Part shown: piece by piece, positions 60,579-64,000 of the stretch
How the letters are laid out: every line of letters starts with the position of its first letter
Position numbering within the stretch: the stretch's first letter is position 1
Notes under the pieces: model-generated
Told to the model about the DNA's origin: nothing
The model's database searches: none
The model's input: only the letters and a program-made list of their open reading frames with translations
Source of the DNA: an uncultured Chloroherpeton sp.
GTDB lineage: Bacteria > Bacteroidota > Ignavibacteria > Kapaibacteriales > UBA2268
DNA length: 64,000 nt
Direction of reading: 5' to 3'
Assembly: GCA_964500435.1 (NCBI GenBank)
Contig: CAZCNL010000005.1
Span: forward strand, 101,180-165,179
Translations under genes and position numbers: made by a program

Positions 60579-62177
60579 ATGAAAAAAGTATATATTATTT
60601 TATTAACCTTGATTTTCTTTGAATTTAATAATTTGTTTTCTGAAAATTGGGAACCCTTTCCATTGAATCAAACCTCTTATTATAAGATAACAAAAACAAA
60701 ATTACCTTATACTACAAATTTTGAAAGTAAAGATTTAATAGATGCAATAACAATAATTAAATTCGATTCAGTATCAAATCAAAATTCAAATAATAAAAAA
60801 TATTTCTCACAAATATTAAAAGTTAACGATAGTTGCATTATCAGTAAAAAAGATTCTTTATGGAATGATGATTTCCCAAATTTACAGCCAGAGGCATATC
60901 TTTTTCTTGGTGATACATTAGTATTCTTAATTAAGGAAGAGCATAATATTTCAAATACTTGCTTAAAGTTGCCATTAAATTTAGATCAAAGTGACTCCTA
61001 TTTCCAAATTAATTATGATAGCAATTACAATTCTACTATGAAGATAGAAACTAAGTTAATTTCTAAGACAGAAAAATCAGTTTTTGGTATTATAGATTCA
61101 GTAATTACTTTTGAAATTCAAAGAAACCGATTGCCTACAAAAGATGATGGTGTTTTTTTAATTGAGTTAAGTAAAAAATTTGGGCTAATAAAATTTTTCC
61201 CCTTAGATATTCTTGCTTATGGGGGGCTATTTGATCAAATTCAGCAATTAGAATTGGTATCGGTAGATGAAAACAAAGAACATTATGGCGAGGTTTATAA
61301 TTTCAAATATCGTAACCGTAACTTATTTGAAAAGCCCGGAAATATTAAAATATATGAGAATATATGGGGTGAACCTTGGGATTTGGTGTTTATTAGAGAT
61401 TCTATAATTAGTGTTGACAATTCAGATGATAGAGTTTATGTGGAATATAATCGACAAACAATGTCTACAAATCAAGGTATTAAACCGGACATAAATCAAA
61501 ATTATAAATATTTTTATTTTAAAAAAGATAGTTTAATTCATTATGGATTTAATGCAATGGTTGATGCCCTTCGAAGAGGTGAGACATTTATTCCGAGTAC
61601 AAATTTATTTGACAAAATTCCAAATGAGAAACCAACGCAAACACCCTTGGAAATAATTGCAACACCATTGTTATTCAAATTTATTGAAAAATGTGGTCAA
61701 AAAGATTTACAGATTTTTTATATTTACCAAGCTGGCTTGGATAGAGGAAATTGCACTCTTCCAATGAAATTTTTTTGGTACCGAATATTGGATTATAAAA
61801 TGGATTTGTGGTGGGAGTGCAATAACGAAAACATTTTTCCAAGCTTAGGGGACCACTATGTTGGTATTAAAGATGGCGATTGTGAATGGGGGGATTTATC
61901 GTGGCCTCCAAAGGGACTTTCTGTTTTTGAAGGACAGCAATATAATTCTTATCTCTCCCCTAACCCAGCTCGTTCAATTACACGATTAAATTTACAGCAA
62001 GAGGGAGATATATCTATAACGGCAGTGGATTTGCTTGGTCGCTCGTATCCCCTTTGGTCGGGCTACGCAAGCAGCGGCGATATGGAACTTGACGTAAGTA
62101 CCTTACCGACAGGCTCATACACCTTGCTAATTGATTACGGCACAAAGCGAGAAGCAGTACGGATGATGAAGGAGTAG
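60579..62177 (+). CDS. T9SS C-terminal-domain secreted protein, paralog 2
   Basis: 532 aa, colinear with 54886-56499 over its full length, with the same CTD. Confidence 0.7.
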   Translation: MKKVYIILLTLIFFEFNNLFSENWEPFPLNQTSYYKITKTKLPYTTNFESKDLIDAITIIKFDSVSNQNSNNKKYFSQILKVNDSCIISKKDSLWNDDFPNLQPEAYLFLGDTLVFLIKEEHNISNTCLKLPLNLDQSDSYFQINYDSNYNSTMKIETKLISKTEKSVFGIIDSVITFEIQRNRLPTKDDGVFLIELSKKFGLIKFFPLDILAYGGLFDQIQQLELVSVDENKEHYGEVYNFKYRNRNLFEKPGNIKIYENIWGEPWDLVFIRDSIISVDNSDDRVYVEYNRQTMSTNQGIKPDINQNYKYFYFKKDSLIHYGFNAMVDALRRGETFIPSTNLFDKIPNEKPTQTPLEIIATPLLFKFIEKCGQKDLQIFYIYQAGLDRGNCTLPMKFFWYRILDYKMDLWWECNNENIFPSLGDHYVGIKDGDCEWGDLSWPPKGLSVFEGQQYNSYLSPNPARSITRLNLQQEGDISITAVDLLGRSYPLWSGYASSGDMELDVSTLPTGSYTLLIDYGTKREAVRMMKE

Positions 62178-62185
62178 GGCTATTT

Positions 62186-62241
62186 AACCTTCAGAAGGTT
62201 TTTTTCACCAGATGTCCTACACCTCCAAGGTGTAGGACATC
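62186..62241 (+). terminator. tandem hairpins after paralog 2 (terminator-like)
   Basis: AACCTTCaGAAGGTTttttttc, then GATGTCCTACACCtccaaGGTGTAGGACATC. Confidence 0.65.
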
Positions 62242-62306
62242 TTAATTTCTACTTCCACTTCCTTGAAGGGGTGGCACGTAGTGACGGGGAGGTATAATTA
62301 TAAAAT

Positions 62307-62440
62307 CCCGTTTTCAAGGGAATTAAAAATTTGCAAGTCATTGCGAGGAGCGTGAGCGACGAAGCAATCTCAGGAAGGGATTGCTTCGCTACGCTCGCAA
62401 TGACGAAAAATTTTTTGCATTAGAATGTAATTTTTTGCCA
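62307..62440 (+). repeat. nested-palindrome MITE-like element, copy G
   Basis: tcccgttttcaagggaat...gtcattgcgaggagcgtgagcgacgaagcaatctcaggaagggattgcttcgctacgctcgcaatgacg...ttgcattagaatgtaattttttgcc. Confidence 0.85.
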
Positions 62441-62469
62441 AATTTTTTGTCTTTGTTTTTAAAATAATT

Positions 62470-62860
62470 TGTTAAATTATAGGAAGAGAAAGCTGCAAAA
62501 CAAGAAAATATATGGTTGTAATTAATAAAAATAAAGAAAAGGCGGGAAGTTCGGAAAAGGGCATAGAATGGGCTTTATGGCTTTATGTAGACGCCTCAAG
62601 AATATTTATATTGTATTGAAACTGCGATTTATTCAAATTTTCCAAAGAAAGAAAAATTACTTTGTTCAAATAAATTTTGCCGAAAAAAATTATTTATTTA
62701 CAACTGCGAGTGGAAATTCATTGCGTTTAGCGGGCTGATGCTATTTTGTCGAAACAATATAATTTGTTTTGGGAATTAGCAAAAGTCCGCTGAAATCGCT
62801 CGCAGTTCTATTGGGCAGGGCGAAAGTTTGGAACTGTGCCAGTAATGCCTGAAAAAAATC
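62470..62860 (+). repeat. conserved ~350-bp leader element, copy 3 (2x octamer repeat)
   Basis: Colinear with copy 2. GCTTTATG occurs twice at 62571-62586. The short ORF that is open in copies 1 and 2 is interrupted here by a TGA, which argues that the element is non-coding. Confidence 0.8.
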
Positions 62861-62886
62861 AATAATTTTAAAATTTAAGGTGATTA

Positions 62887-63672
62887 ATGAAAAAGATATT
62901 TATTTTATCGGTTGTATTATTGCTTTTATTCTTTAGTAGTATAAATACTATGAGAGCTCAATTGGAGAATTGTTATCCAACTAATCAAAATGAAACTTGT
63001 ACCGATTGGACAGGTTCATCATTTGAATTTACTTATATGAGCTGTAACGTCCATATAGATTATTATTACAGAGTTTGCAAAGACCCTACTGGATGTGAGG
63101 GACAACCTAAAGTCAGAATAGATGCTCGTATATTCCAAATTGTTTGGGATTGGGATAACTGCTTAAATTTAACTCAAGCTATATATCCAGGTTATCCAAA
63201 TGATTTCGGTACGATGAATTATGTTCAATTTGCATCATTGTTTAATTTAGCAAGCAGGCAAATGGGGGAAACATCTTTTATAAATTATTACAATTCGCAC
63301 CCTGACGAACAAATTTCACTACAATGCTATGGTACACCTCCTGATTGTTCAGACCCAGACCCAAATAGTTGTAATTTTTCTGTATATTATTCAAATTTCT
63401 CGTGTGAGATGATTTGTTGGCATATTAAAGATGCAGGAACAGGTTGGGCTGGTCCTGGAGTAATTGTAAATAATTATCCTTGTACATCTGCAAATTCAAC
63501 TTGCTGTGAACACATTGCTCACTATTGTATGTGTGGCGATCAAGTGCATTCAATTATTTCAGTAAATGGAACAGGTTTATGTAATGATGCTATTCCTCCT
63601 TATGATTCTTGCTTCGAATTAGAACATTATACGACTTATTCAAGTAATGGTTGTATTACAATTTGCGAGTAA
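62887..63672 (+). CDS. Cys/Trp-rich small secreted protein
   Basis: 261 aa with a signal peptide and about 30 Cys. It is unrelated in sequence to the 57226 product but similar in composition, and lies 27 bp downstream of leader copy 3. Confidence 0.6.
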   Translation: MKKIFILSVVLLLLFFSSINTMRAQLENCYPTNQNETCTDWTGSSFEFTYMSCNVHIDYYYRVCKDPTGCEGQPKVRIDARIFQIVWDWDNCLNLTQAIYPGYPNDFGTMNYVQFASLFNLASRQMGETSFINYYNSHPDEQISLQCYGTPPDCSDPDPNSCNFSVYYSNFSCEMICWHIKDAGTGWAGPGVIVNNYPCTSANSTCCEHIAHYCMCGDQVHSIISVNGTGLCNDAIPPYDSCFELEHYTTYSSNGCITICE

Positions 63673-63676
63673 TGAA

Positions 63677-64000
63677 ATGAAAAACACATATTTAATTATT
63701 ATCTTGTTTTTAACATTATTTCTCAATGTAATGTTAAGTAGCGATAATATTATTGTTAAAAAAATTGTTAGTAAAGATAACCATTCAATCATTCAAAATA
63801 AAATACAAAATAATAAATTTTCGTTTTTAATATATCCAAATCCAATTGAAAATGAAAATATTAAAATTATTTTTAATGATTTGAAAAGTAAACCGAAAAA
63901 TTATATAATAACTAAATTGGATAAAAGTTTGTTAATTGAGAAAATATTCAATTTAGAAGAATATGAGATTAAAGTTAGCAACTTATGTCCAGGTGAATAT
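63677..64000 (+). CDS. small secreted protein consisting essentially of signal peptide plus T9SS CTD-like domain, partial (runs off the window end)
   Basis: The frame is stop-free from the ATG at 63677. MKNTYLIIILFLTLFLNVMLS is a signal peptide, and FLIYPNPIENENIKIIFNDL...YEIKVSNLCPGEY matches the CTD consensus. Confidence 0.45.
   Translation, partial: MKNTYLIIILFLTLFLNVMLSSDNIIVKKIVSKDNHSIIQNKIQNNKFSFLIYPNPIENENIKIIFNDLKSKPKNYIITKLDKSLLIEKIFNLEEYEIKVSNLCPGEY

Overview
The window is AT-rich (about 30% GC) chromosomal DNA from a member of the Bacteroidota/FCB group (Bacteroidetes- or Ignavibacteria-like), judged from the T9SS gene content and coding style. The first ~50 kb is mostly housekeeping. 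It carries a PLP-dependent Met/Cys lyase, pyk, rpiB, serS, an aspS-sir2-acpS operon, gltX, pyrG, an acyl-CoA dehydrogenase plus SDR, an archaeal-type leuCD-like pair, gmhA, and the giant type IX secretion (T9SS) translocon gene sprA. Interspersed are at least 11 secreted proteins with T9SS C-terminal sorting domains (CTDs), an HmuY-like/TonB-dependent-receptor locus split by a putative type II restriction-modification pair, an orphan phage terminase large subunit, and an isolated PD-(D/E)xK-like gene carrying 21-nt tandem repeats. The most unusual part is a family of non-coding elements that are GC-rich relative to the genome. One is a nested-palindrome, MITE-like element of ~140 bp present in 6-7 copies. 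The other is a ~350-bp conserved leader with a variable-number octamer tandem repeat (ATAAAGCC/GCTTTATG in 6, 3 and 2 copies). Each leader copy sits directly upstream of a different Cys/Trp-rich small secreted protein gene, and the palindrome copies sit upstream of the T9SS cargo genes and operons. Two of the palindrome-leader units lie in a ~3-kb tandem duplicated module at 54.9-57.9 kb and 60.6-63.7 kb. No tRNA, rRNA, CRISPR, transposase or integrase is visible in the window.
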